A program made the position numbers and the translations under genes. Positions 9,618 to 20,048 of a stretch of DNA of 64,000 nt are shown here, piece after piece. Within the stretch, counting starts at the first letter, position 1. Every line of letters starts with the position of its first letter. The notes below the pieces were generated by a model. That model made no database searches and had not been told where the DNA came from. It saw only the letters and a list, made by a program, of their open reading frames with translations. This DNA is from an uncultured Gammaproteobacteria bacterium. Its GTDB lineage: Bacteria > Pseudomonadota > Gammaproteobacteria > Magnimaribacterales > Magnimaribacteraceae. Location of the stretch: the NCBI GenBank assembly GCA_964342745.1, contig CAYFFW010000005.1, positions 1,046 through 65,045 of the forward strand, written 5' to 3'.

Positions 9618-12437
9618 ATGAATACAAAAATTTTAAATTTGTTTAAGACTCTTGCGTTTTCTGCATTGGTAGCGACTTTCTTTACGCCGTCTATACTAAT
9701 GTCAGCTGACGATGATGAGGCCGATGTTGAGGAAGTAGTTGTAACCGGATCAAGAATTAAAAGGGATACAATTAACTCTGCAGCTGTTATTACAACAATA
9801 ACTGCTGAAGACATTGAGCAAAGCCAGGCTTTAATTACTGCTGATGCTCTAAGACTTTCTACTTACAACACTTTTGGTTCTTATCCTTCAACAGCTGGTA
9901 ACAGCGCAATGTCGAACACTACTATAAGCCTTAGAGGTTTAGGTGGTGGAAGAACTTTAGTTCTTATGGATGGCAGAAGATTACCAGGTTCTCCACATTT
10001 AGGTGGTGCTGGTGCTGCTAATATAAACATGATACCTACAGTTTCAGTTGATCGTATTGAAATACTAGCTGATGGTGCATCTTCCGTTTACGGTTCTGAT
10101 GCTATAGCTGGTGTTGTAAACGTAATCACTAAGAAAGGTTTTGACGGAATGGACATTCAGGTCAGAAGTGGTGATCGTTCAAGAGATGACGGAGTAGAGC
10201 AATCTATTTCTATGCTTTTTGGATCTACTAATGAGAACGGTTATGTAACAGTAGCTATCGAACATGATGAGAGAGATGAGATCTATCTTAAAGATAGATG
10301 GTATACAGCTGCTAGAGCTAATGATGATAATGGAGATGGAGTAATTGATCTTTATTTTGAAACATATGGTTTAAGCTGGTACTCAAGAAACCTTGCCGAT
10401 CCAGTAACAGGAAACATTGCTGCTGCACCTACTTGTGAGGGTAACATCGATGGTTCAACCACTCCTTGGTGGGGTCCTGATTTTGGTGGAGCTGCTTTTG
10501 GACAGCCTGCTAAAACAACTGGTTCATATGCTGGTGCTCAACCTAGAGGTATTTGTGGATACGCATGGGCAGACATCATGGTTCAAGATGCTGGTCTATT
10601 TAGAGACACAATCACAGCAAATGTAGAGCATGCTATTAATGATCAATTAACCTTTAACAGTAGAGCAGTTTTTGTTAGAAACGAGTCCGTAGGACGTTAT
10701 GCACCTCCTGCAGCTAGTTACCCTGGCATACTACCTTCTGATCCTGCTAACCCATACGATGTACCAGTAACTGGTTACTGGAGATGGACAGAAATAGGAA
10801 ATAGAGGAATGCATTTCGTAGATCAATCTTCTGATTGGTTTGGTGAATTAGTCTACGAACTTAGTGATACTGTTGAGCTTAGTGTTAGTCACCAAGTTAA
10901 TAAATTCTATGGTACTGACATAGGTAGATATTACCTAGACTATGCTGGTCTTGCTTCAAACCTTTACTACGAAACTCCATTTGGTTCTGAAGATGGTCTT
11001 TATGCTTTATCAGCAACCACAGTAGTTGAGTACGATAATCACTACGAAAAATCTGATGTAATTGCACAAATAAGCGATCTTATGGAATTACCAGGCGGCC
11101 CAGTTGATATGGTTCTTGGATATGAAGGCTATGACAACAGGTATTCAGCTCAGTATGACAAGCACTCTGAAGGTGGATACGTTGGTGGTTCTGCAGGTAA
11201 CTCAGGAGCTGGAGATAGAGCAGTTAACTCATATTTTGGTGAAATTCTATTCCCAGTAATGCCTGGTCTTGAATTGAATGCATCTTTCAGAACTGATGAT
11301 TATGATGATGTTGGTTCTAATGATTCCTTCAAGGTTGGACTTCTTTGGGAAGGAGACAGAGGTACCGCTATTAAGGTGAACTTTGGTGAAGGGTTTAGAG
11401 CACCAACTATGGATACTCTTTATGGTGTAACTACATTTAGTGCTAACACAGCTACAGACTACTTAGCTTGTGCTAATGCTGGGATTTCACAAAGCGCATG
11501 TGCTTCTAAGCAGGTTTCTACTTTAATAACTTCAAACCCAGAGCTTGGTGCTGAAACTTCTGAATCACAAGTATTCAGTATTGCTCAAGACATGGGAGAG
11601 TTAACACCTGTTTTAGAGAATGTGATAGTTAGACTTGACTGGTATAACATAGAAATGGAGAACTTAATTTCTTCAATTTCAACTCAAGATGTTCTTTATT
11701 CAGATTTTACTAATGGTAATCTTCTGACTAATAACTATGAGTACTATGCTTCTGGTGGTCTTACTAATGATGGATCGGCAGCTGGTGCCCCAGTTGGAAC
11801 TGGGACTAGTCCTTCTTGTCCTTCAAATGCAGCTTACTATAAGAGGTTGGGAGTGAATGACGCTCTTTACACTATTAGAAGCTGTGCTAATGGTAGGATC
11901 GATTACGTTGGAGCAAGTTATGCTAACCAAGGTAAATATGTTGTTGAAGGTTATGATCTACAAGTTAACTACACTATAGAGCTAGGTGGTGGTGACTTAG
12001 ATATAGATCTAGACTACACGCATGTTGATGATTATGGTGGAGCTCCATTTATTGGAAGTGATGCTCATCAAAACAATGCTGGATTCAACGGTTTACCTGA
12101 TTCTAGATATAACCTAGGTTTAACTTACACTTGGGGTAACTATGGGGTTTCTGTACAGAACCGTCACATAGGAGACTTCGCTTTTAACTCTGACTGTGCT
12201 TCTTCTGAAGAAGGTGGTCTTTGTACGAAAGAAGGTCCTTACCAAGATAAGTATGACACTATAGATATTCAAGCCAGAGCAGACTTTGGTAAGTATGGAA
12301 CTATTAGTGTAGGTGTTATCAATGTTTCAGATAAAGACCCTTTACCTGATAAAGGTGGTGTGAACTATGATGCTTACACAAGTCTTTACGATAACAGAGG
12401 TAAGATGACTTACGTTAGATGGAAGCTAAGTCTATAA
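9618..12437 (+). CDS. TonB-dependent receptor
   Basis: Signal peptide, acidic N-terminus, TonB box EEVVVTGSR, plug motif RIEILADGASSVYGSDAIAGVVNVITK and a long beta-barrel. The ATG at 9618 follows GGGGAG, and the upstream TTG extension is rejected. Confidence 0.9.
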   Translation: MNTKILNLFKTLAFSALVATFFTPSILMSADDDEADVEEVVVTGSRIKRDTINSAAVITTITAEDIEQSQALITADALRLSTYNTFGSYPSTAGNSAMSNTTISLRGLGGGRTLVLMDGRRLPGSPHLGGAGAANINMIPTVSVDRIEILADGASSVYGSDAIAGVVNVITKKGFDGMDIQVRSGDRSRDDGVEQSISMLFGSTNENGYVTVAIEHDERDEIYLKDRWYTAARANDDNGDGVIDLYFETYGLSWYSRNLADPVTGNIAAAPTCEGNIDGSTTPWWGPDFGGAAFGQPAKTTGSYAGAQPRGICGYAWADIMVQDAGLFRDTITANVEHAINDQLTFNSRAVFVRNESVGRYAPPAASYPGILPSDPANPYDVPVTGYWRWTEIGNRGMHFVDQSSDWFGELVYELSDTVELSVSHQVNKFYGTDIGRYYLDYAGLASNLYYETPFGSEDGLYALSATTVVEYDNHYEKSDVIAQISDLMELPGGPVDMVLGYEGYDNRYSAQYDKHSEGGYVGGSAGNSGAGDRAVNSYFGEILFPVMPGLELNASFRTDDYDDVGSNDSFKVGLLWEGDRGTAIKVNFGEGFRAPTMDTLYGVTTFSANTATDYLACANAGISQSACASKQVSTLITSNPELGAETSESQVFSIAQDMGELTPVLENVIVRLDWYNIEMENLISSISTQDVLYSDFTNGNLLTNNYEYYASGGLTNDGSAAGAPVGTGTSPSCPSNAAYYKRLGVNDALYTIRSCANGRIDYVGASYANQGKYVVEGYDLQVNYTIELGGGDLDIDLDYTHVDDYGGAPFIGSDAHQNNAGFNGLPDSRYNLGLTYTWGNYGVSVQNRHIGDFAFNSDCASSEEGGLCTKEGPYQDKYDTIDIQARADFGKYGTISVGVINVSDKDPLPDKGGVNYDAYTSLYDNRGKMTYVRWKLSL

Positions 12438-12450
12438 CTTAGTTAGACTA

Positions 12451-12482
12451 AAAAAGGGGCGGTTTTACCGCCCCTTTTTTTT
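12451..12482 (+). terminator. intrinsic terminator after the TBDR
   Basis: Stem GGGGCGG/CCGCCCC with loop TTTTA, followed by a T8 run. Confidence 0.85.
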
Positions 12483-12554
12483 AGTACATCTAATTGTATA
12501 GGGACAGAACCGATAAGTGGTAAAATTAGATATTAATTCTTAATACCCTAGTAA

Positions 12555-14159
12555 ATGAATATTATAAAAACTCTAATCCTTTTTTTATCTTTATTTTTAA
12601 TTTCTTGTAATAACTCAGTATCTAAAGTCGATGCTGCTTTGGAAGAACAGATACTCTATTTTGGTAATGGAACAGAGCCTAAAGACCTTGACCCTCATAC
12701 AGTAACAGGAGTTCCCGAGAGTCATATTCTTATGGCTCTATTAGAGGGCTTGGTTACTAGGCACCCTGAAGGCCTAGATCCCATACCTGGTGTAGCAGAA
12801 AGTTGGGAGATATCCAATGATGGGTTAACTTACAGTTTTTATTTAAGAGAAAATGCAGTTTGGTCTAATGGAGATTCTGTAACAGCCAATGATTTTGTGT
12901 GGGCCTGGGAAAGAATGCTTACTCCTAGTTTAGGCTCAAAATATCCTGATATGTTATATGACGTTGTTAATGCAGAAGAGTTTAATAAGGGAACTATAAA
13001 AGATTTCTCTAAAGTAGGTGTTAAAGCAATTAATGAAAAGGAATTATTAGTAAATCTAAAACACCGCGCTCCTTACTTTTTAGGACTTTTAACTCACTAT
13101 ACTTCTAGGCCAGTGCATAGACCCACTATAGAGAAATTTGGGAATATGGACACAATTGGAAGTCAGTGGACTAGACCTGGAAACTTTGTAGGAAATGGAC
13201 CTTTTACTCTAGAAGATTGGCAATTAAATAAGGTTCTAAAAGTTAAAAAGAGTAATAATTATTGGAATGCAGAAAAAGTTAGACTTAACGAAATTCATTT
13301 CTTTCCAGTAGATAATGCTACAAGGGAAGATTTAATGTTTCGTAATGGTTTGTTGCATGTAACATCTACAGTTCCACTAGAAAAGGTAGAGGTTTATGCC
13401 AAAGAGTATCCTGATTTAATTCATATTGACCCTTACTTTGGAACCTATTATTTAAGGGTTAACGTAAACAAAGAACCTTTTAATAATAAGCTGGTAAGAA
13501 AAGCTTTGTCTTTATCTATAGATAGAAAAGAAATAGTAGAAAGAGTAGCAAAAGGAGGCCAAATTCCTGCTTTTTCATTTACCCCACCTGATCCTAATAA
13601 TTACTACCCTCCAACTTCCTTAGATTTTAATCCTGAGTTAGCAAGAAGCTTATTAGAAAAAGCTGGGTTATCAGAAAAAAACTTTCCAACCTTTGAACTT
13701 CTTTATAACACCAGTGAAGGTCATCAAAAATTAGCTCAGGCTTTCCAGCAAATGTGGAAACAGAATTTAAACATAGATGCTCAACTTATTAATACTGACT
13801 GGAAAGTTTATTTATCTAGGCAAACCATTGGTGATTACTCCATCGCGAGAGCTGGTTGGATAGGGGATTATCTAGATCCAAAGACCTTTTTAGATATGAT
13901 GGTTACCGGCAGAGGTAATAATCAAACTGGATGGTCTAATGATAAATATGACAAGTTATTGCAAAAAGCTGCTAAGAGCAAAACTAAAGAGGAAAGGTTT
14001 AATAATTTTTATGAAGCAGAGAAGATTTTGATGGATGAACTTCCGATAATTCCTATTTACACCTACACCCGAATATATATGTTAAAGAAGGATGTAAAAG
14101 GTTGGAGCCCCAATTTATTAGACAGTCATCCGTATCAATTCCTATATTTAGAAAGATAA
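12555..14159 (+). CDS. ABC transporter substrate-binding protein, Opp/Dpp family (peptide/nickel type), probable lipoprotein
   Basis: 534 aa with family-5 SBP layout. Lipobox LISC at residues 15-18. Confidence 0.85.
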   Translation: MNIIKTLILFLSLFLISCNNSVSKVDAALEEQILYFGNGTEPKDLDPHTVTGVPESHILMALLEGLVTRHPEGLDPIPGVAESWEISNDGLTYSFYLRENAVWSNGDSVTANDFVWAWERMLTPSLGSKYPDMLYDVVNAEEFNKGTIKDFSKVGVKAINEKELLVNLKHRAPYFLGLLTHYTSRPVHRPTIEKFGNMDTIGSQWTRPGNFVGNGPFTLEDWQLNKVLKVKKSNNYWNAEKVRLNEIHFFPVDNATREDLMFRNGLLHVTSTVPLEKVEVYAKEYPDLIHIDPYFGTYYLRVNVNKEPFNNKLVRKALSLSIDRKEIVERVAKGGQIPAFSFTPPDPNNYYPPTSLDFNPELARSLLEKAGLSEKNFPTFELLYNTSEGHQKLAQAFQQMWKQNLNIDAQLINTDWKVYLSRQTIGDYSIARAGWIGDYLDPKTFLDMMVTGRGNNQTGWSNDKYDKLLQKAAKSKTKEERFNNFYEAEKILMDELPIIPIYTYTRIYMLKKDVKGWSPNLLDSHPYQFLYLER

Positions 14160-14168
14160 TATTCTGTC

Positions 14169-15089
14169 GTGATTTCTCTTATTTTGAGACGCCTAGGAAC
14201 AGCAATACCTGTTTTATTAGCCGTTATAACTTTAACTTTTTTTATGGTTCATTCTGCTCCAGGAGGACCCTTTGACGAGGAAAAGGCTGTCTCACCTGAA
14301 GTCTTAGTTAAATTAAATGAAAGGTATAATTTAAACGAGCCTCTTTTAGTACAATATTTTGATTATTTAAAGAATGTTATTCAGGGAGATTTTGGGCCTT
14401 CTTTTAGATATCCAAGTAGATCAGTTACCGAACTTATATTTATTGGCTTGCCTATAACTTTTGAGTTAGCTATTTACGCAATCTTATTTGCCTTAATGCT
14501 GGGAGTTATAACTGGTGTAATCAGTTCTTTGAGACCAAATACTGCTTATGATTATGTACCAATGACTATAGCTATGGCAGGAATCTGTATCCCCTCTATT
14601 ATTCTTGGTCCTTCTTTAACTTTAGTTTTTGGAATTTGGTTAAATTGGCTTCCAGTTACAGGTTGGGGCGACATTCCTGGTGATAAAATCTTGCCTACAA
14701 TAACTCTTGGTACAGCTTATGCAGCTTATTGCGCTCGATTGACGAGGGGTGGTATGTTAGAAATCCTCAATCAAGATTTTATAAGAACAGCTAGAGCAAA
14801 AGGCTTGTCTGAATTTAGGGTAGTAGTAGTTCATGCCTTGAGAGGAGGATTGACTCCAGTTATTGCTTTTTTAGGACCTGCCATGGCGGGATTGTTGGCG
14901 GGTTCTTTCGTGGTGGAAACTATTTTTGGAATACCTGGTTTAGGTAGGTTTTATGTTGAAGCAGCCTTCAATAGAGATTACACAATGATATTAGGTACTT
15001 CCATTTTCTTTTCTTGTTTAATCATAAGCTTTAATTTGTTGTCTGACTTAGTAGCAGCAAGCCTAAATCCAAGATTGAGAGATCAATGA
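14169..15089 (+). CDS. ABC transporter permease, OppB/DppB-like
   Basis: N-terminus ILRRLGTAIPVLL and EAA-type loop FIRTARAKGL. GTG start. Confidence 0.88.
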   Translation: MISLILRRLGTAIPVLLAVITLTFFMVHSAPGGPFDEEKAVSPEVLVKLNERYNLNEPLLVQYFDYLKNVIQGDFGPSFRYPSRSVTELIFIGLPITFELAIYAILFALMLGVITGVISSLRPNTAYDYVPMTIAMAGICIPSIILGPSLTLVFGIWLNWLPVTGWGDIPGDKILPTITLGTAYAAYCARLTRGGMLEILNQDFIRTARAKGLSEFRVVVVHALRGGLTPVIAFLGPAMAGLLAGSFVVETIFGIPGLGRFYVEAAFNRDYTMILGTSIFFSCLIISFNLLSDLVAASLNPRLRDQ

Positions 15090-15943
15090 ACATAAGCTCT
15101 ACAAGTCTTTCTAAAAAAGCTTTTGATAGATTAATTTCTAATAAACTATCTTTATTTGGCTCGGTTTATATTTTGTTGCTTATACTGATTGCAATATTTA
15201 CTCCACTAATTGCTCCTTACGACTATGCTTATCAAGATCTTAGTCTAGGTCCAGTGGGTCCTTCACCTGAACATTTACTTGGCACTGATACTTTAGGAAG
15301 AGATCTTTTAACCCGAATGATGTATGGAAGCCGAATCTCTTTAATGGTTGGTTTTTTAGCCACTATTGTCGCCCTTGTTATCGGAGTTTTATGGGGCACT
15401 ATTGCTGGTTTCTCGGGAGGTAGAGTAGATGCAATTATGATGAGAATAGTAGATGTTCTTTATGGAATACCTTTTATTATTTTAATCATTTTGTTAATGG
15501 TTATTTTTGGTAGAAACTTAGTCCTGCTTTTTATGGCTATAGGTGCGGTGGAATGGTTAACCATGTCTAGAATAGTTAGAAGCCAAGTTATGAGTCTAAG
15601 CCAACAAGAATTTGTCATGTCCGCAGAAGCCATGGGCGTATCAAAGAAAGATATTATTTCTAGGCACTTAATACCTAATGCTATAGGGCCAGTTATAGTC
15701 TACGCCACCCTTACAGTTCCACAAATTATGCTGCTAGAAGCCTTTCTATCTTTTCTTGGATTAGGAGTCCAAGCTCCAATGAGTTCTTGGGGCATATTAA
15801 TTAGGGATGGAGCTGTATCAATGGAAGAATATTGGTGGCTGTTAATATTTCCTTCTCTTGCTTTTTCTTTAACTCTTTTTTCACTTAACTTTATAGGAGA
15901 TGGGCTAAGAGATGCTCTGGATCCAAGAACCGGACCTAATTAG
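15086..15943 (+). CDS. ABC transporter permease, OppC/DppC-like
   Basis: Typical OppC layout (HLLGTDTLGRDL). Its start overlaps the OppB stop by 4 nt. Confidence 0.88.
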   Translation: MNISSTSLSKKAFDRLISNKLSLFGSVYILLLILIAIFTPLIAPYDYAYQDLSLGPVGPSPEHLLGTDTLGRDLLTRMMYGSRISLMVGFLATIVALVIGVLWGTIAGFSGGRVDAIMMRIVDVLYGIPFIILIILLMVIFGRNLVLLFMAIGAVEWLTMSRIVRSQVMSLSQQEFVMSAEAMGVSKKDIISRHLIPNAIGPVIVYATLTVPQIMLLEAFLSFLGLGVQAPMSSWGILIRDGAVSMEEYWWLLIFPSLAFSLTLFSLNFIGDGLRDALDPRTGPN

Positions 15944-17439
15944 GACTGATTTCCGATTCCTGCTTCTAATATTATTTTAAGGACTTGACCAGGATAAATT
16001 ATTTCTGGACTTTCTAACTCATTCCAAGTTTGCAAGTCTTTAACGCTCAAACCAAACCTAGAAGCAATTCTCGAAAGAGTATCTCCAGATTTAACAGGAT
16101 AAAGCATTGTTCTAGTTTTTTTACTTGGTGTTTTGCCTCTTACTCTCTCATATTTAGAGTACAATTTTATTTCTTGACCTATTTGTAGAGGGCTGGTTAG
16201 GTTTAAATCATTCCATAAAGTTATATCTTGAATTGTAACTCCAAATTTTCTGGAAATACCCCAAAAGGTATCTCCTTTAACAATCTTATAAACTCTAGCT
16301 TTGGGAACAAAGGTTTTTGTCCAAGCAGGACCTCTTGGGACCATAATTTCTTGACCAGCATATATTAAATCAGAATCCATTTGATTTATTTCCATAAGTA
16401 CGGCTACCTCCATACTGTATTGATTAGATATCTTAGTAAGGTTATCTCCGGTTTGAATTTTATATCTATCCCACTGAACAAGTTCTATTTCTTCCAAAGA
16501 AGAAAGTTGAATAAGAAATCTATCAGCTACCCCAGTAGGTAATAGTAGATAATGTGGACCACCTGGATCTGTAGCCCATTGACTAAATCCTGGGTTTAAT
16601 TCATAAATTGCTTCTGGAGTCATTCCAGCAAGATCTGCAGCTTGCATCAAATCGACCTGTCCAGGCGTTTGTACTTTGGTGAAATAAGGTCTGTTTGCAA
16701 TAGAAGGCAAGGTAACACCGTATTTTGATGGATCCATAATAAGTTCACTTAATATCAATAATCTAGGTATGTAAGCTAAAGTCTCTTTTGGCAATCTTAA
16801 AGACCAGAAATCTGTTGGCATTCCTTTTCTTTTATTTTCTTTAATTGCTCTATTAACCCTACCAGGACCAGCGTTATAGGCAGCAATAGCTAAAAGCCAG
16901 TCATTATCAAACTTTTTATTCAAATAAATTAAAAAATTAAAAGCAGCTTCAGTAGAAGCAATAACATCCCTTTTTCCGTCGTACCACCAGTTAGTTTTTA
17001 GACCCCATTCACTACCCACTGCAGGAAGGAATTGCCAAATGCCAGTAGCTCCAGCAAAAGATTGTGCATAAGGATCAAATTCACTTTCAACAAAAGGGAG
17101 TAAAGCTAACTCAACAGGAACACCTAATTCTTCTGATCTTTTAACTGTATGGAATAAATATCTTTGTCCTGACTTGCTTAGTCTATTAACAGCATGTTGA
17201 TTGTTTATAAATCTTGATCTATATCTATCTAAGTCTTCAAGTTCTTCAGGGATTCTTAGTGTAAGGTTTGCTCTCACTCTTTCCCATAGGTCGAAAGGTT
17301 CTCTATCAATACTTATCTCTACTACCTTAGGTGTTGCGTCTGAGAGATCTATATCCTCAGCAAGGATTAAATTCTTAGACTCTAAACCAACACAGCCCAT
17401 TAGTAGGTAAAATACACATATAAAAATCCATTTATTCAT
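15940..17439 (-). CDS. mltD: membrane-bound lytic murein transglycosylase D-like lipoprotein with three LysM domains
   Basis: Lipobox LLMGC, SLT catalytic motif ESEFDPYAQSFAGATGIWQF, and three LysM repeats (Y.I/V..GD.L..IS...). Confidence 0.88.
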   Translation of the reverse strand: MNKWIFICVFYLLMGCVGLESKNLILAEDIDLSDATPKVVEISIDREPFDLWERVRANLTLRIPEELEDLDRYRSRFINNQHAVNRLSKSGQRYLFHTVKRSEELGVPVELALLPFVESEFDPYAQSFAGATGIWQFLPAVGSEWGLKTNWWYDGKRDVIASTEAAFNFLIYLNKKFDNDWLLAIAAYNAGPGRVNRAIKENKRKGMPTDFWSLRLPKETLAYIPRLLILSELIMDPSKYGVTLPSIANRPYFTKVQTPGQVDLMQAADLAGMTPEAIYELNPGFSQWATDPGGPHYLLLPTGVADRFLIQLSSLEEIELVQWDRYKIQTGDNLTKISNQYSMEVAVLMEINQMDSDLIYAGQEIMVPRGPAWTKTFVPKARVYKIVKGDTFWGISRKFGVTIQDITLWNDLNLTSPLQIGQEIKLYSKYERVRGKTPSKKTRTMLYPVKSGDTLSRIASRFGLSVKDLQTWNELESPEIIYPGQVLKIILEAGIGNQS

Positions 17440-17512
17440 TTTTTTCTTTATAGAATGAGTGTTTCTTAAAAAATTAATGCCAAATGTATACTACAATTAA
17501 CCTTTAGACTAT

Positions 17513-17944
17513 ATGAACCTAATAGAAATTTTCACTGATGGTGCTTGTAGGGGCAACCCTGGTAAAGGTGGTTGGGGAGCTTTAATTAGATTGGATGATA
17601 AAGAGGAAACTATATACGGCGGAAATAATCATACCACTAACAATATAATGGAACTTACTGCTGCTATTAAGGCATTAGAACATATCCCTGAAAATTCTAT
17701 GGTGATTCTAACAACAGATTCGAAATATGTTATGCAGGGAATAACTGAATATATGGAAAATTGGAAGAGAAGGAACTGGAAAACAGCAGCAAAAAAACCA
17801 GTGAAAAATAAAGAGTTATGGGAAAGATTAGACTACCTTACAACCATACACTCTATAGAATGGAAATGGGTAAAAGGTCACAGTGGACACCGAGAAAATG
17901 AAATAGCGGATCAGTTAGCAAACAAAGGCATTGATAAAATTTAA
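17513..17944 (+). CDS. rnhA: ribonuclease HI
   Basis: FTDGACRGNPGKGGWGA and the C-terminal HSGHRENEIADQLA. Confidence 0.95.
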   Translation: MNLIEIFTDGACRGNPGKGGWGALIRLDDKEETIYGGNNHTTNNIMELTAAIKALEHIPENSMVILTTDSKYVMQGITEYMENWKRRNWKTAAKKPVKNKELWERLDYLTTIHSIEWKWVKGHSGHRENEIADQLANKGIDKI

Positions 17945-17946
17945 AT

Positions 17947-18666
17947 ATGGTTAGACAAATAGTTTTAGATACAGAAACTACCGGTATCGACTTCAAGTCA
18001 GGTCATAGAGTTATAGAAATCGGATGTGTAGAAATTATCAATCGAAGGTTTACAGGAGTTGAATACCAGACTTACCTAAACCCTGATAGAGAGATAGAAG
18101 AGGGGGCTATTAAAGTTCATGGGTTAACATTAGATTTTTTACAAGATAAACCTAGATTTACAGAAGTTGCAGAAGAATTTTTAGAATTTATTAAAGGTGG
18201 AGAGCTATTAATTCATAACGCAGAATTTGATGTAGGGTTTTTAAATAATGAATTAAAACTAGTTCCAGGAAAAAATACTTTTCTTGAAGATATTACTGAA
18301 AAGATTACTGATACTTTACAAATAGCCAGAGAAAAACACCCAGGCCAAAGAAATAGCTTGGATGCTTTAGTTCAGAGATATGATGTGGGGAAATATGACC
18401 GTGAATATCATGGTGCTTTACTAGATTCAAAAATATTAGGTGATGTTTATTTAGCTATGACTGGTGGCCAGAGTAACCTATTGTTTGAAAGTACTTCTGA
18501 AATCTCTAGAGCATTTAACCCATCAACGGAACAAAACAAAAAGAATGGCCAAAAAAATAGCTCTTTGTTAACCAAATTAAGTAAAGAAGAAGAGATACAA
18601 AATTTAGAATATTTAAGGAAAATGCAAAAAGAGACTGGTATTAAACCTATTAGTTTGAAAGAGTAA
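17947..18666 (+). CDS. dnaQ: DNA polymerase III subunit epsilon
   Basis: Exo motifs VLDTETTG, HNAEFD and HGALLDSKILGDVY. Confidence 0.95.
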   Translation: MVRQIVLDTETTGIDFKSGHRVIEIGCVEIINRRFTGVEYQTYLNPDREIEEGAIKVHGLTLDFLQDKPRFTEVAEEFLEFIKGGELLIHNAEFDVGFLNNELKLVPGKNTFLEDITEKITDTLQIAREKHPGQRNSLDALVQRYDVGKYDREYHGALLDSKILGDVYLAMTGGQSNLLFESTSEISRAFNPSTEQNKKNGQKNSSLLTKLSKEEEIQNLEYLRKMQKETGIKPISLKE

Positions 18667-20048
18667 TGAGCAAAATAGTAGGTAGGTTTGCTCCAAGTCC
18701 AACAGGATTACTTCACTTAGGTGGTGCTAGGACTGCCTTGTTCTCATGGCTTCACTCTAAAAGTTTAGAAGGTGATTGCCTTTTGCGTTTGGAGGACACC
18801 GATCAAGAAAGATCTAAACAAAAATATACAGATTCGATTATTGAAAGCTTTAGATGGATGGGAATTGAATTTGATCAAGAGCCTTTCTATCAATCAAAAA
18901 ATAAAGAAATACATTTAAATAGAGTTCAAGAGTTAGTAAATAATGGAAAAGCTTATTATTGTCAGTGTTCCACTGAAAGGCTTAAGCAACTTAGAGAGCA
19001 TCAAGAAAAAGAAGGCAAAAAGCCTAAGTATGATGGTAAGTGCAGAGATCTAAATATTAAAGATAGTAAAGATGCAGTTATTCGTTTTAAAAATCCGGAT
19101 ACAGGCTTAGTGTCTTTTCAGGATGTAGTTAGAGGAAAGATAGAAGTAGCTAATAAAGAATTAGATGATTTGATTCTAGTTAGAAGTGACGGTACTCCAA
19201 CCTATAATCTTTGTGTAGTAGTTGATGATATAGACATGGGGATTTCTCATGTTATAAGAGGTGATGACCATATAAATAATACCTTTAGGCAAATTAATAT
19301 TTTTAAAGCTTTAGATGAAGAAGTACCTGTTTATGGCCATGTACCAATGATTTTAGGTGAAGATGGAAAAAGAATGTCTAAAAGACACGGTGCTATTAAT
19401 GTATTAGATTATAAAGATCTAGGTATTTTGCCTGAAGCTTTGCTGAACTATATAGTTCGACTTGGTTGGTCGTATGGGGATCAAGAAATATTTAATCTAG
19501 AAGAACTTACAAAGATTTTTAAAGAGGGAAAACTAAACAATTCCCCTGCATCTTTTTCCATGGAAAAATTACTATGGTTCAATAGAGAGTATTTTCTAAA
19601 AATAGACAATCAACTTTTACTCGAGAAACTTATACCCATTTCAAAACAATTTATACAAAACGATTATTCTTTAAGGGTAGTGAGTTTAATTAAAGAAAGG
19701 TGTTCCTTGTTATCTGAATTTGAAGAAGAAGGTAGTTATTTTTATCAGGAATCTTTAAATATTAATCCCAAAGATTCTGATAAAACCTTTCATCAAGATG
19801 CTATAGAAATCTTAAATATGCTTTTAAAGGCTTTTATAGAAATTAAAGAATGGGATTTAAAAAATATAAAACAAACAATAAGTTCAATTATGGACCATAA
19901 GGGGGTAGGGATGCCTGCTGTAGGAAAGCCTTTTAGATTAGCAATTACTGGAAGAACTAATTCAGCTTCAATTGATGAAACTGCACTTATTTTAGGAAAA
20001 GAAAAAGTAGTTAAAAGATTAAAGCAAGCCATAGAGTTGTACTCATAA
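18666..20048 (+). CDS. gltX: glutamate--tRNA ligase
   Basis: HIGH-type motif PSPTGLLHLGG and KMSKS-type motif KRMSKR. Its start overlaps the dnaQ stop by 1 nt. Confidence 0.95.
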   Translation: MSKIVGRFAPSPTGLLHLGGARTALFSWLHSKSLEGDCLLRLEDTDQERSKQKYTDSIIESFRWMGIEFDQEPFYQSKNKEIHLNRVQELVNNGKAYYCQCSTERLKQLREHQEKEGKKPKYDGKCRDLNIKDSKDAVIRFKNPDTGLVSFQDVVRGKIEVANKELDDLILVRSDGTPTYNLCVVVDDIDMGISHVIRGDDHINNTFRQINIFKALDEEVPVYGHVPMILGEDGKRMSKRHGAINVLDYKDLGILPEALLNYIVRLGWSYGDQEIFNLEELTKIFKEGKLNNSPASFSMEKLLWFNREYFLKIDNQLLLEKLIPISKQFIQNDYSLRVVSLIKERCSLLSEFEEEGSYFYQESLNINPKDSDKTFHQDAIEILNMLLKAFIEIKEWDLKNIKQTISSIMDHKGVGMPAVGKPFRLAITGRTNSASIDETALILGKEKVVKRLKQAIELYS

